A stretch of 64,000 nt of DNA, from positions 853,050 through 917,049 of the forward strand of contig JAAOMT010000591.1 of the NCBI GenBank assembly GCA_016748015.1, read 5' to 3'. Of the stretch, positions 25,001-38,300 are shown piece by piece. The translations under genes and the position numbers were made by a program. The DNA is from Geosiphon pyriformis uo1 (lineage: Eukaryota; Fungi; Glomeromycota). Below the pieces are notes generated by a model. That model did not search any database, had not been told where the DNA came from, and was given only the letters and a program-made list of their open reading frames with translations. The first letter of the stretch is position 1. The number at the start of each line of letters is the position of its first letter.

Positions 25001-28000
25001 GGGTAATTCTTGTTGAAAGATGTTACTGTGAATAACTTCAATTTCTGTGTTATTTAATAAAACTATGGGGTAACTGTTGGGATTGTAAAAAGTAACTCAG
25101 ACTTTCTTTGTTCCTTCTGGAATGTAAATATTTGGGATCAAGATATTATGTTCCAAGCAGATTTGTTCATTGGACTCAAAAATTTGTTGTGCAGTTATTG
25201 GCTTTGGGCAGGTGTAGATTTCTGGATGTTCTCTAAAGGGTGAAATAGTAATTGGTTGTGGAAGTCATAGAATCTGGTAAGATTCATTTTGTTTGTTAAG
25301 AGCTATGTTTACTGGAACTGTGAATCATCCAGTTGAACCAAAACCTTTGGTTCTTCTTCCACTCTTTCCCAATTGTTCTCTTTGACTGACTAATTGTAAA
25401 CCTGAAATGTTGATTAAGGGTAAATAAATAGCTTGAGCAATTTTTTTGGCATGTTCAATCTAAAAAAGTTTATTGGTTTCATTTTGTAACATGATTGTAA
25501 TGTCTCCTATATATCCCACATCTATGATTTCTCCTCTAACATTAATTCCTTTGCTCGCCAATAATGACTGTGAAGTGATTTGGACCATTGCTCCTGGTGG
25601 GATTTCGAGGGCAATTTTGAGGTTGATTTTTGTGAGTGATTTAGGTTTGAGAGTAAGAGTATTTTTTCCTGGATATCTTAGATCATATTCAGCATCAATT
25701 TCGTGGGCTTTTTCAGGCTTTATTTCTTGTCCATTGTTGTTGAAGTATTTGAGTTGTGAAGCAGGCTGATTTTCAATGAGATAGATGGGTGTGGCTTCTA
25801 TTTTTTCTGTTGCTTCAGGTTCTCTGAATTCAATTTCGTATTCATTACTTTTACTGGGCAAGAAAATGCTAAGAGCATAGCATTCAGGACACCATTGTTC
25901 ATCACAAAGCATTATGCATTCCTCACATAATTTAATGTTCATTTGCTCTAGTCATTGAGCTTGAGCTTCTTTGGTTAGATAGGTGTGACTGGCAATTTGG
26001 TGATATACTTCTACTTCATCTTCGTAGTTGTATTCAGCGATTTCAAAGGTATATGTAATGTATTCTGATTCTTTCATTTGATGAACATTTTTTTGAGTGG
26101 CTTCATTGATTAAAGCCATTGCTAAATCAAAAATCATTTTGGCATTGTGAAGGTAATGGTACAGTTTATTGAAGGGACTATTGTAAGCAACATCAAAAGA
26201 TGTTCTTCTTTTGACTTTTTCTGAAATTGATAAAACATATTGGCAGGTTTGATTGCAGACTCCTCCTCTCATTGCTACATCAATCCAATTGCATTCTTCT
26301 GGTAACATATCTCCACAAGTTAAATAAAAAGTGTTGTCCCATTTTCTACTTCTTTTTATTAGATGGTCCTATTGTTTTCTGTGGCATGCCTTACAGTAAT
26401 AACAAGTATGATTTCCATATTCTTCTTCAAGTGAAATGCAGACTCCCATTGATGAAAGTTTTTTGTAGTAATCTTTGCATTTGAGTGGAATATAAGAGCA
26501 TTGTTTTTGTGGTTCTGGTTTTGAATAGGGGACATTCCATCCAGATGTTACTGGTTCTTTTGTTTCAAAAGAATTGTTTGTTGAAAAATACTGTTGTTCA
26601 GTTTCATCAGCCCAATTAGAGGTTGATTCAAGTGCCATAAATGTTTCACTGATGGGTTTTTCTTTTTCTGGTTTGAATTCAAAAGCTGGGACTTTTTTGG
26701 AGCATTTGTTGAATGTACCACAAGTGGTAGGTACTCGAGTGTATTGTCCTTGGTAGGAGATTGTTAACTCTTATGTCTCCCAATTCAGATTAGCATTGGC
26801 TTTTTGAAGCCAATCTTTTCTGACGAAAGCTTGGTATTAGAGAGCATCCATGACCAGAACTTTGATTGAAATGGTGATTCCGTCAATTGTGAATAGGAAG
26901 TTGTTAATCTCTCCTACTGGAGTCTTTTTCATGCCATTAGCAGTGACAATGATTATCTGAGCTGGTCAGTTAACATTTCTCTTTAGCTGCTGTATTAATT
27001 GATATGTGATGATGCTTCCAGCAGATCCACTGTCTAGGATCAAGCGAATTGGCTTTCCTTCTACTTCAGCTTCTGTGTATATTACAGTAATGGCTTTTTG
27101 CTCGTTAGCCACTGCATTGCTAAGCAAGAATGGTGATTTATTTGCTTTAAATTCAAAAGGAAATATATCTGAAAGGTTGGCATTTTCAGCAATTCTGGCT
27201 GGTGGGATTGTGGTAGGAGTATAGGAAGGGTTTTGTTGTTGTGCTGCAGCTCTACTTTCTGAGAGTGCAGTATGGTAAAAATTCTGTTTTTCTGGCATTG
27301 TAAGATAATTAGGTTGAGTATGATAGTGGTTGGGTCTTGGTTGAGCTGAATTTTGGGGAACCAATTGGTTGTTTGAATTGATCCTATTGTTGTTTACTTG
27401 GTATCGGTTTTGTGGTGTGAATTAATTTTGCGAAATCAATCTTTGAGCAGGTACTTGATAATATTGTGTGGGTGGTTGTTGGTATTGCTGTTGGATTGGC
27501 TGTGGGGCAGGCTAATAATAGTTACTTTGGTATTGGGGTCTTGGTGGATAGTAAGCTGGTGGTGGTGGTTGATAATAAGATTGCTGTGGTGAAAGGTAAC
27601 ATTGATTACTCCTATTTTGTTGGTCTCATTATAATTTTCTGCAATCTTGTTTCCAATGTCCTAGAATTCCACAATAATAACAATTTTGGATTTGGTTGTT
27701 GGATGGTGGTCTGAAGTTGTTTTGATTATGTCATTGTAGGGATTAGTATCTTTGTGGTTGTTGTGATTGCTGTAGCTGCTGTTGTTGCTGTTGGTTGGTG
27801 AAATAGTTTTCAACTTTCTTGGTTAATTGGTCAATCTTTTCTTCAGCTGCTGAGCTGGTTTTTCCAATAGCCAGGTTAACAAGTTTGGTATGGTTGGCTT
27901 TTTCCATGGCCATTTCATAGTTTTTTGTCTATTGAATAGCAGTAGCTAAATCTTCTGGTGCATGTGGGCGAACTTTCTTGATAAGTTTGTCTTTTAGTCT

Positions 28001-29134
28001 AGCAATTAATTGATCCAAAATTTGTGCATTGGAGTAGTATTCATTGGTTTCCAATTGGCAAATCCTTCTAAGCAGTTTGTTGAATTTCCCAAAATAGGTC
28101 ATAACTGATTCACTTGGTTTTTGCTTGATATTTTGGAACCAATTTCGAAGGGTGATGGAAGTGTTATTGTTAGTGAACTGTTCTAGGAAAGCAGTTTTAA
28201 ATGCTTCTCAGTATTCTGGTGGGGCTTCCAAGTTTTCAAACCATTCACCAGCCATTTCTTGTAAAAAGTATAGAATTGCTTTTAACATTCTGGCAGTGTT
28301 CCAACCATTTGCATCTCCTGCTTTTGAGACTTTTTCAAGCCATTCTTGAGGACTGGTTTCACTGTCTTCTCCTGTGAACTCAGGGATTTTTGCGATATAT
28401 GTGGAGGCCATTTTTTCTTTGTTTTCTGAGTTTTCTGTTTCTTGTTCTAATTCGGTCTTTTCACTTCGATTTTCTGCTAAGTAGTCAATAAGGTTTGTGC
28501 TGGTTAATATTGGTTCCTGTTGTTGAATAGGGCTTTTGGGTGACTGAAAATCTTCTATTCTTGAAAACCAAATAAGTGGTGAGCTTGGTGTTTGCAGTTG
28601 AGCAAGTGAAGCTAAAAATGATGTGATTGAGAGTGGTAATTTAAAGCTGGTTTCTTGTTCTGGAGTTTGTAAATGTTTGGCAGTGGTTTTTGGTATATTG
28701 GGAGTAGTTCTGAGTTTTTGTTTTCTTTTTTTTTTTTCTTCTTCTGTTTTTGATTCAAAACTAAGAGAAAATTTCTGTTCTACTGGGTAATTCTCTTCAT
28801 AATACTGAATAATATTGAAGTTGAGTTCTTGGAAGTATGTTTCAAGTGTTTGACTGTTAAAATCCTAAGTGTTTAAACAAGAGTGATGTATTAAGTTTTC
28901 ATATAAGTTGTGTCTAACTTCTGAAATGTTGTAGTCTCCAAAAAAATAATTGTTGATACGATTTTCAATGTACTGGTAAAGTGTTTTTTTGAATGTTTCA
29001 ATTCTGTCTGAGATGTTAAATCTCTGCTTGCAGTGAGTGTAGATTGACTGATAATACTCTAGAGTTTTTGAATCTGTTTGAGTCACCACTTTTGAAGTTG
29101 TTGTCACTGTGTTATTTTTGTGGAAGAGTACCAA
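22055..29134 (-). pseudogene. Element C single-frame polyprotein: leader-Gag-PR-Cys-rich-dUTPase-RT-RH-IN
   Basis: ORF starts 29134, 28411, 27364, 25942, 24889, 24208 and 23230 are all in one frame; LILDSGSAG, SPWASPVVLV, FCVDY, ATDA, CNSCQ motifs. Confidence 0.92.
25328..25750 (-). pseudogene. dut: Trimeric dUTPase domain in element C pol
   Basis: Motifs AEYDL, SQSLLA, GEIIDVGYIG, KIAQ and RRTKGFGSTG in canonical order. Confidence 0.9.
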
Positions 29135-29135
29135 A

Positions 29136-30117
29136 TATTACTGGAGGTTTTTGGTCTCTTTTTTTAAATATTGTTTATACCTGTTTGCTGTGAATTCATG
29201 TTTTCTGGAGGTGGTTGAATCTCCAGTAACTGAATTTATCTTCAAATTATCTCCTATAATTTGAACTGCTGGGCTTATAGTAGAATGGCCAATTCTATGC
29301 CAGTTACTTTATGTAGTTACATTGTAGTAAATGTCAACTCTTTTCCAGGAATTGCTCGTCTGGAAGCTTACAAAAAATGTGTAGTTATTTTGCTGTGAAA
29401 GTCAACTCTTCTACAGGAATCTCATCTGTAGGCTATCCTAATGATTGTAATAAGAAAAAATAAAAAAAAATAAAGGAAATATAAAAAAAATGGGATTTTA
29501 TCAAGGGAAACGTTTTTTATCCAGGCCTGAAGTCACTAACAGTTTACTGAAATTGGTAGCTAATCAATTTCGAAATGTTAGTTGGGTTTTGAGGATTTTC
29601 CAAGTGCAATAATTAAAGAATTTTGGTTTTTCGAATTTATTTGATATTTATTTCTTTTTGTGTGTGTAGGAATGGTTCTAAGTAATAAATCTAAAGTAAG
29701 ATACATTTTCTTGAAGAGAAAAGCTCTTCTTTTATACAACTTGTCATAACACTATTCCATGAACTTGAACTTTGCTATTTTCTATGATTTTGCTGAACTA
29801 AAGATACATTTCGGCAAACTACAAGTTATTTCTGCGAACTATTAAATATTTTGGTGAACTATCAATTATTTTGGCAAATTTTTACAAATTTTGGTGAATT
29901 TTTGAATGTTACATAGTTTGAAGTATTGCATAATTAATCATCACACTTAGGTTACATTTATGTTATATACAAATTGGGTTATTAATTAAATAATAACTTC
30001 AGATATTTTTGCTAATGTAATAAGTAATAATTTGGGATAATAATATATGCTAATTAATGATAAGAATTATAAAGGTAATTTCATGCTAAACAGTATCTTT
30101 AATTTCATCTGGTAACA
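29136..30117 (-). repeat. 5' LTR of element C
   Basis: Direct repeat of 20277-21257; followed on the minus strand by TT-TGGTACTC PBS. Confidence 0.95.
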
Positions 30118-30121
30118 ACAT

Positions 30122-30778
30122 TACAAACTTTCCTCTCCTTATTACTCCCAAACAAATGGCCTAGTGGAATGTTTCAATAGAACACTATGTAAAACCTTAG
30201 CCAAAACAAGTAAAGAAACAAACTTATAGGACAAAGTACTGCCTTCAGCTTTGTTTGCTTATAGAACTGTGAATTATGACATAACAAATTATGAACCCTT
30301 TTTTCTGCTCTATGGACGCATGGCAACACTACCAATAGAAACTGACATTGAGACAATATCCTTTAAAGAGATTACAATAGCAAATTACAAAGACATTTTG
30401 CAAAGAAGACTTGGTACCATTCTTGACTCATTGGTAGAAGCATGAATAGTTGCTTTTGAAAAGATAAAACAGTTTCAAGAAAAGCTTAAAAAGAAGAAAA
30501 CCTATAAAACACTTTCTTTAAGTATTGGTAACTTGGTTTTGGAATACCATTCAGACAAAGACAATATCTATGGTGATAAATTCTCTAGCTGATGGAAAAG
30601 ACCCTTTATAGTCAACAAAGTTTTGAACAATGATTCTTATATTCTTTAAGATCAATCTGGAACAATCTTTAATAATTGTTCTATTTATGACATGCGACTC
30701 AAGAAATATCACAAATGATCTGATTGGTTACCTGTTGTGATAATACCGACCCAAATGATCAGCAAAAATCAGATATAA
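30122..30778 (+). pseudogene. Element B integrase C-half (core E helix, GPY/F region, no chromodomain seen)
   Basis: QTNGLVECFNRTL, LFAYRT, PFFLLYGR. Confidence 0.88.
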
Positions 30779-30819
30779 ATAAATGCACCACTCCCAAAAC
30801 AGAGGTATTTTTAATTGAT

Positions 30820-31476
30820 ATGAACAATTATTTTTTGGATTAAAACATTCAAAATGCTTTCTATACTCTTCATGAGTATTGGATTAAAAACTATTCAAAT
30901 ACTACTCTAACCATTGGAAAACAAACTACAATAACTGACAACAGTGGAACACATACTGTTATCAGACCAAAGAAAACAACTACCAAAAAAGAAAGAATTG
31001 GTAACAAAATAGATAAGTATTTGCTGGAGAGTATAACAGCAGCAATACTTGCACCTTCCATTACAATTGGAAAAACAATTAAAGAAATCTTGCCTATAGA
31101 CAAAAACTTGTCATATAAAAAACAACTAGAACTCTATGGTCGTCTTGGTAAAATCATAGAAGACATGAAGCTCATGAAAAAAACAACTTCTGAGATACAA
31201 GTGGAAATTTTGAACATTGTATGATTAGATTTTCCAAGAGTTTTGACCATTGCAAGAAGAGCCAAAACTCTTATACAAAGATTTAATCTCTTGGACACAA
31301 AGCTCATTTCACTTCAAGTTTTATATACCTTATCCACAAAAGACTTCAACAAACTAGTTAGTTTTGAGTTAGATAAAACTCTTCAAATAGAGTATTCTCT
31401 AAATAGTTTGATTTTGCCAGAGCTTAATCTCTTTGGAGAGAATAATGTTATGGTTAAAACTCATAGTTTTTATTAG
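30820..31476 (+). pseudogene. ORF3 of element B (about 218 codons, runs into the 3' LTR)
   Basis: ATG 30820 in frame with ORFs 31021-31224 and 31243-31476; two transition-type stops. Confidence 0.7.
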
Positions 31477-32144
31477 TTATTACATGTATTAGCCACTAAT
31501 GTCATATAATTAGCCACCCTATTTTTAAATAGTGATCATTAACCTGATCAATAACTTGACCATTGACCTGATCATTGACCTGATCATTGACCTGATCAAT
31601 AACCTGGTCATTGACCACTTTCAATAAATATATAAGTAATGAGTCTTTTAGCTGTAGAAAATTATCAATGTAAGGAATCAAGACAATCAAAGAAATAAAA
31701 TAACAAACTTCTATCTCAAACATTCTTTTATCACTAATTTCCCTTTTCTTACCTTTAAGTATCTGAACATCTTTTGGATAAAAGATTATTTGTTGACACT
31801 TTTCTAAAACATGTAATTGCAGTATTTGAAGATTATTTAAATAAACATGACTGAAAAGCACAAGTTGATACCTGATATTGAATTCTAAGAGCACTGACAT
31901 GAAACATAGAATTATACCAGCAGTTATCAATTGTTGACAGTACAAACTATCCTTCTATCTTCAGATTCTCTTGTTATCTTTTGAAAAGAATAGTGACTGA
32001 GATATTTTATAAGACTAATCTCATATATTGAATCCATATTCATTCAATTTACTTATTGAAGTTGAATTTTCTTTGATTATTTCCATCATCCTATAATCCT
32101 GTTCTCTCTTGCTATCTGTTAGCTTGTTACTCCAACTCATAACA
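31446..32144 (+). repeat. 3' LTR of element B
   Basis: Direct repeat of 14596-15294, followed by ATAT TSD. Confidence 0.95.
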
Positions 32145-32344
32145 ATATATTTAAATTTATTAACAAATTTTAATTTAAATATATATATAACAATAAAAAT
32201 AAAAATATTAAGATTATGATAAAAATTTAATAATGAATAAATAAAATATAATAATAATTAAATATAATTTTTATTTATTTTTATTAAATAAATTAATTAT
32301 TTTTATATTATTTAAATTAATAATTTAAAATATATAAATGATTT

Positions 32345-35300
32345 TTCTTGTCAATCCTTTAACTATGATGAGAATGAAAAATTTTTTTTCTTAAAGCTGT
32401 AGTCTTCTTTTTTTCTTTTTTCTTTGTTTTTATCAGCTATTTTTTCAAGCATACCTATATTTGTTGTGATGAAGCCAGCGAACACGTCTGCTGGTGGGTC
32501 TAGTATTGGTTTGACTGGTTTGGAGACCTGTTTGAGTGTGAAAAAAAACCATATGGATAGTGTCTACTTCTATGATGTGTCTCATAAGAAGCCAAAGAGG
32601 CCTGTTGTTAGTGATACCATCGACTCATCTGCTGGCCCTTTGAGCATGAATGACCTTGTCGATGCTGGTGTCAAGTCTGTGGTGTCTTAAGATAACAAGG
32701 TGGGCAGTATTACAAGCAATACTAGTGGTCTTTCCGACGTTGAAAACATGAAGAACATGGTGGCAGAAGAAACGAGCTATACAGATTCTGATACTTTATT
32801 TGAATATGAGAATATGAATAACACTACTCCCAAGAAAACTTGAACTTGTACTTATGTATTAGGCCATCTGCCAAAGCAGTCTTTGTTTGATTGTATAAGT
32901 GATGATAATGATGTTCTAGAACTTTCTCCATACAAGAAAACTGAATCCAATTAGATACCACCATCTGGGTCATGTGCCTTGGTTACGCATAATTTTAATT
33001 CAACCAAATCTTTTGCACTTGACATTAAGCTTTTTGTGGTGTCTGGTAAATCTATTAGTGATAAGTTAATTTCAATAAAAAAGATTTTTTATAGAGTGAA
33101 TGGTTTTGGAGGTGTCTTCATTTCCTCAAAATTCTTAGGAATCATCAGATCTTTATTTACTTTTGAATTTAGCATGAATAGGGCAAAAGAATTGGGAATT
33201 TGTGAAAAAATTGTGGTAAATAATAATCTCAGAAAGGTTAGTAGCCATTTAGATAAGGAAATTATTGTCAAGAAAATTCTGGTCGATCTTCCTAAATTGG
33301 CTGTAAAATCTGTTTTTTTTAAGTTTAAAAAGATTGTATCAATCAAAATGCAGCTGATTGGCCTGTGGCAAAAAAGCTTTGGTGAAGTTTGAGTCATCTG
33401 AAATAGCTGATTTGGTCATGGCTAGATGGTCTGTCTTTATGGAAAAGGATTCTGTTCTTGTGGTGAAAGCCATTGATGATAAACAGTCATGGGTTTTTAG
33501 AGATCTACATCAGGCATTGCTTTATACTCTTCCAGTTAGTACTATAGCACATGATTTTTCTGATTTGTTGGAGTTATATGATGAAAAAACTTGTTTTATT
33601 GGCTATAATCCAAGTTCTTATGTATATAATAGATGTGCAATTGTGTGTTTTACTGATGAGCCATCCAAATTGGCTGCTATTGGTTCTACTTCAGTGTTTA
33701 AAGGTGTTTTTCTTTGGCTTGTTGTGCCAACTGTAAACAATTTGGTCATGTTTTTGATGTGTGTTCAGTTGGTGAGAATTCTGGAATTTGTCATAAGTGG
33801 GTGGTGTCTTCTTAGGATCAAGTTCATTTGGCTAATATTTATAAGAAAAAGTAGGTTCCAGTTGTCCATCTGGTGTCTTTTAGTGGAAAAACTTGGGCTT
33901 AAATTGCAGATGGTTTTCCCTCTCATGTGGCCTTGTTAGTTTCTTCTAGTGTTGATTTGCTTTCAAGTGTGAAACCCTTGGTGATGGCCTCCAGCTCTCT
34001 TGGTAATTTTGATTTGGCTGACCACATGGCTTCTTTGGAATGCTTTATGGAGCTTTTGTCAGATCAAATCTCTGAAATTTTGAAGAAATTAAGCTTTGTG
34101 AAATTGGTGCCATTGTTATCTCCTTCTAATGTCCCCCCCAATTGGTACCTTTTTTTTGGATTCAGCTCTGAATTCAGATATGGTTGTGGATAGCGTGGTG
34201 GTGCCTCTTTCTCCTTTTCTTCTGGTGGTTGGTAATGCTGGCTTTGAACTAAGTTTGAATGGTTCAAAGATTCTTACTACCAAAGTGGGTGGGTTGGAAT
34301 CAAAGATGATGGCTCTGGAAGTTTCAGTTGGTTTGGTATTGGCAAAATTGGATTTTTTGTGTTCTAGTTTGGGTTTGTCAACTTCTCCTCCTTTTCAATA
34401 AGTAATCTGGTTTGGAAAGTTGCTATCTGTAATGTTAAAGGAATGAACAATCTTGCAAAACAGGATAATATTATTCATTGGCATAAGGATATGAACAATT
34501 TAATCTCTATTGTTACTGAAACTAAGTTGAAGAGCAAGGTTTGTTTTTGGATCATGAATAAGTTTAATGATGTTTGGGTTTTCACCTCTGGTTTGGATTC
34601 TGGTCATATGGATTCTGGTGTTACGATTATTATAAACATTTCTCTGGTGTGACATGTGTACAAAGTTTCTGAGGTACCTAGTCAGCTTCAGTCTGTTAAA
34701 CTACTCTTTAAGAATAAACTTTCTGTGTCTATTTTGGGGCTATACACTGGTGTTTCTTCGGTAGTTTGGTTTTCTCAGACTGGTAAAATCAACTCTTTCA
34801 TTGCAAAGACTGTAAATGAATCTTTTTTCATCATTCTTGGTGGTGATTTCAATGAAGATGGTTTGCATAAATGTGCCAGTTTTAAAAAATGTCTTGATCT
34901 GGGGCTAGTTAATTCTTTGCTTGGTAGTTCAGTAGTGAAAGTTCCCACATGAAAAAATTCAAGGAGTGTGAAAAAAACAATTGATTACATATTGGTTTCT
35001 TCTAATTTGGTTAATCCAGTTTTAGAATACAGTGTTATAGATGTTAGTGAACACTTTGACACTGATCATTGAGCCATTTCTGTGTTGGTAGGTCTGGGTG
35101 GTTTGCTAGATGTGCAGTTAAACTCTTTTTGTAAGCAGGCTAATAAGGATTGTTGGAAGTTTAATTTCAAAGATGCTGATAACAATAAGTGAGAAAATTT
35201 CAAAAATGCCACATTGGCCAATGCTGGGATGTTTTCTAATGAGTTCACTGCCATTGTTAAGTTCTCAGATCTGGATGTCATGTGGGATGTTTTATGCAAG

Positions 35301-38300
35301 ATAATAACTCTTTCTGCAAATAAGATATTTAGAAAGAAATAGTTCAAGGATTTTGATAGTGTTTTCACCAAAATTTCTTCAAAGTTTCATAAGTTGGAGC
35401 TTTTGGTTTCGAAAATTGTCAAGGCCTTTTGTGAAAGCAATGTTGTTAGTTTTGTCTCTTTTATGATGTGTTGGGACTCTTTGGACAGTATCAAGGCCTC
35501 AATTGTTTAAGATTTTATTAACTCTGGTTTGACCTCTAATTATGTTCATTCTGTTCTCTCTGGCATAAGGAAGTCTTATCATGCATCCAAGCTTGCTGAG
35601 TTTTTGGCAACTAAGAAAGCAACCATTAGAGCTGCTATAAATAAGAGAATAGAAAGCTTTGAAATGAATAAAGGTCATACTATCAGGAGTGTTTTGGAGT
35701 GTCCTTTTCGCAAAGTGGTTCTGGACCATCTGGTTGTTGATGATGAGCTTATTTTGAAGTCCAGTTTGGTTAAATCTAAAGTGGACATCATTATGGAAGG
35801 TTGGACCAGAAAGTGTGGTGTGATAGCTAATGTCTCTAATATTTGGTCTCATCAATATTGACCATTGAATTATGTTTTTGATGAAGCCTTTTCTGGTGTA
35901 ATGCATTCTGTTAAGTTTAGTGAGCTGCTTAATGTAATTTCAGATCTGCCCAATGGCAAAGCTGTTGGTCTCTTGGATATTATAAACAAGCTTTAAAAAC
36001 ATTGTGACAAATCAATTCTGGATATGTTTTTGGTGCTTTTGAATCTTTGTCTTTCTTGTAAATCTGTGCTCGGATCTTAGACAGAAGCTTGGGTCTCAAT
36101 AATTCCTAAACCATATGAGTAGGAGAGTGTTCTTATGAATATCCATCCTATTGTTTTAATCGAAATGGCTCAAAAAATCCTTTTCAAAATTCTCTCTAAT
36201 AGGATTTCTTTGGCATACAGCACTTTTGATGTTTTTTGTGAGGACAATTTTTCAGTTTTGAAAAGTATAACAACTCAGTTTCCTATTTTTGCAATTGGAT
36301 CTGTGGTTGAGGATGCTTTGAAAAAGAATCGGGAGCTTTGGCTGGTTTTGCAGGACATGCGGAAAGCATATGATTCAGTTGGCTGAGAATATCTCGAGAA
36401 AAGTTTGGTCAAAATCAAGATGTACAGCAGATTTATTCAGTTTTTTAGTAGTATTCATAAGAATTGTACCAACAGGGTAATGACAGACTTCAGGTTGACG
36501 GATGGTTATCGTGTATATGATAGTTTGGACCAAGGGGAGGTCTTTTTTCCTCTTCTGTGGCATATATTTTATGATTTTTTGTTATGCAAAGTCAAGAGAC
36601 AGGAAAACATGTGTGGTTATAGGTTATGTTTCCATTTTATTTTAAAGAATGGTCATGTTGAGTCCTGAACTGGGCTCTTTTCTTTTCTTATTGCTGGCAC
36701 TTTTGTTGATGATACAATTTGAATTGGTAGTAGTCAGGCAGCTATTCAACATATTCTTGACATTGCAAATGAATTTTTTTGGATAAATAATATTTCTATC
36801 AATAATAACAAAACAGTGGTCATTTCTGTTAATAGCAGAGTTAGCACCTCTTTTCTTTCTATCAGTGGCTCACCAATTTCTATTGCCAAAAAGGGTAAAT
36901 CTCATTGTTATTTGGGGATTTTTTTTTCTACTGAAGGTCTCTCAAAGCCTAGTTTGGTGAAGGCAAATTCGGACATTTGTTTTTTTATCAATCTGGTCTT
37001 GAAGAAAACTGTCTTAGATAAACAGTTCTTATATTTGGTGTTGGCAGTTCTTCATTCTATAGTTAGTTATAGAACACAGTTTAGTTTTGTTCCCATTGGT
37101 ATGTGCAACAAGTGAGATGCTTTAATTTGCAAAGGCTTGAAGTTTAAATTTGGCCTACCTTTCAATTTTCCTAATAATACAATTCATCACTCTTTCTTTT
37201 ATGATTTAAAATCTTTTTTTCAGGTTCAGTCTGAAAGCAAAGTGGCCTCTCTTGTTAGTTTTGCAAACTCGGATGGCATCTTGGGTCATTTGTTCTCCCA
37301 CAGGTCCCATGACTTGTAAGTTCTGAGCTGGTGCTCTGTTCATTCATTGAGCTCTCCTGTGCATATTCATGTTAGTGCTTCTAATAACTTTCTAGTAAGC
37401 ATGGTTCACATTCTTCTTGATTGCAATTTGTTCCTGGGTGGCTCTTTGGCCAATCCATTTTGGTTTCATGGTGGGATCCTTATGTCTGCTGTTCTGGATA
37501 AGTCACAGTTTCTTAGGTTTTTCTCTTCTTTTCAACGATATGATATTGTTTTTGTGAATCAACTTTGTGATCAACATGGTTTTGTTTTTGATTGACACAT
37601 TTTCAAGCATTGGAAAAGATTAAATTTTTGTGGCTCTGTTCCTAAGTGGTTTAAGCTTTCTGTTGTATTTCTCGATGGTAATAATCTCTCTTCTACTTGT
37701 CCCTCAATTTCGGATGGTGTTGGTTCTTTGAACATTCTTGAATCCAGTGATTATGTTTCTGTCTGTGATTGTTTTATGCAAGTTGGTGTTGACAGTTTAT
37801 TAGTGTATACAGATGGATTTCTTAGTAATCTGGGCACAGTCAGCTGTAGAGCTGGCACTGCTGCTTTTTTCAAAGATATTGATTTGGATTTGGGTATTGG
37901 TGTGTCAGGTTTGATGTCATCCACTTTGGTGAAGTTGTAGGCTATTGTCCTGGCTCTGGAGAGTGTCCTCCTATTAAGCTCTGTTAAATTGTTTTCAGAC
38001 AGTCAATCTGCTCTAGATGCCTGTAAGTCAGAATTGGGTCTGGCATGTCCCAACTTTCATAATCAGTGTTGAGTTGAATGTCACCATATTGTCAATGTTA
38101 TTTGCAGTAAGAATTTGAGAGTCAGCTGGCATAAAGTTAAAGACCACTCTGGCATTTCAGGGAATGAGTGCAATTACTGGCAACACTTCTCTTTCTAGTT
38201 GGTATCTTCCTTCTTGTTTGAGTAAATGCTTTATAATGGCTGATGGTGGTGTGGTTTCTGGCAATTCCAAACATTTTATCCATAATATTTATCATTCGGT

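Larger units (their letters stand above)
20277..30117 (-). mobile_element. Full-length Ty3/Gypsy element C with dUTPase, nested in the integrase of B
   Basis: LTRs 20277-21257 and 29136-30117; ACAT TSD; removal restores MGIH|YKLSSPYYSQTNGLVE; PPT GAGGAGGAGG near 21261-21270; PBS near 29117-29133. Confidence 0.95.
14596..32144 (+). mobile_element. Full-length Ty3/Gypsy element B (gag-PR-RT-RH-IN-ORF3), interrupted by element C
   Basis: Paired LTRs 14596-15294 and 31446-32144; ATAT TSD; PBS at 15301; purine tract before the 3' LTR; Gypsy domain order. Confidence 0.95.

Noticed and set aside
31502-31945. 147-aa minus-strand ORF with DQVN repeats
   Set aside because: Antisense reading of LTR B and its 12-bp array; no independent evidence of coding
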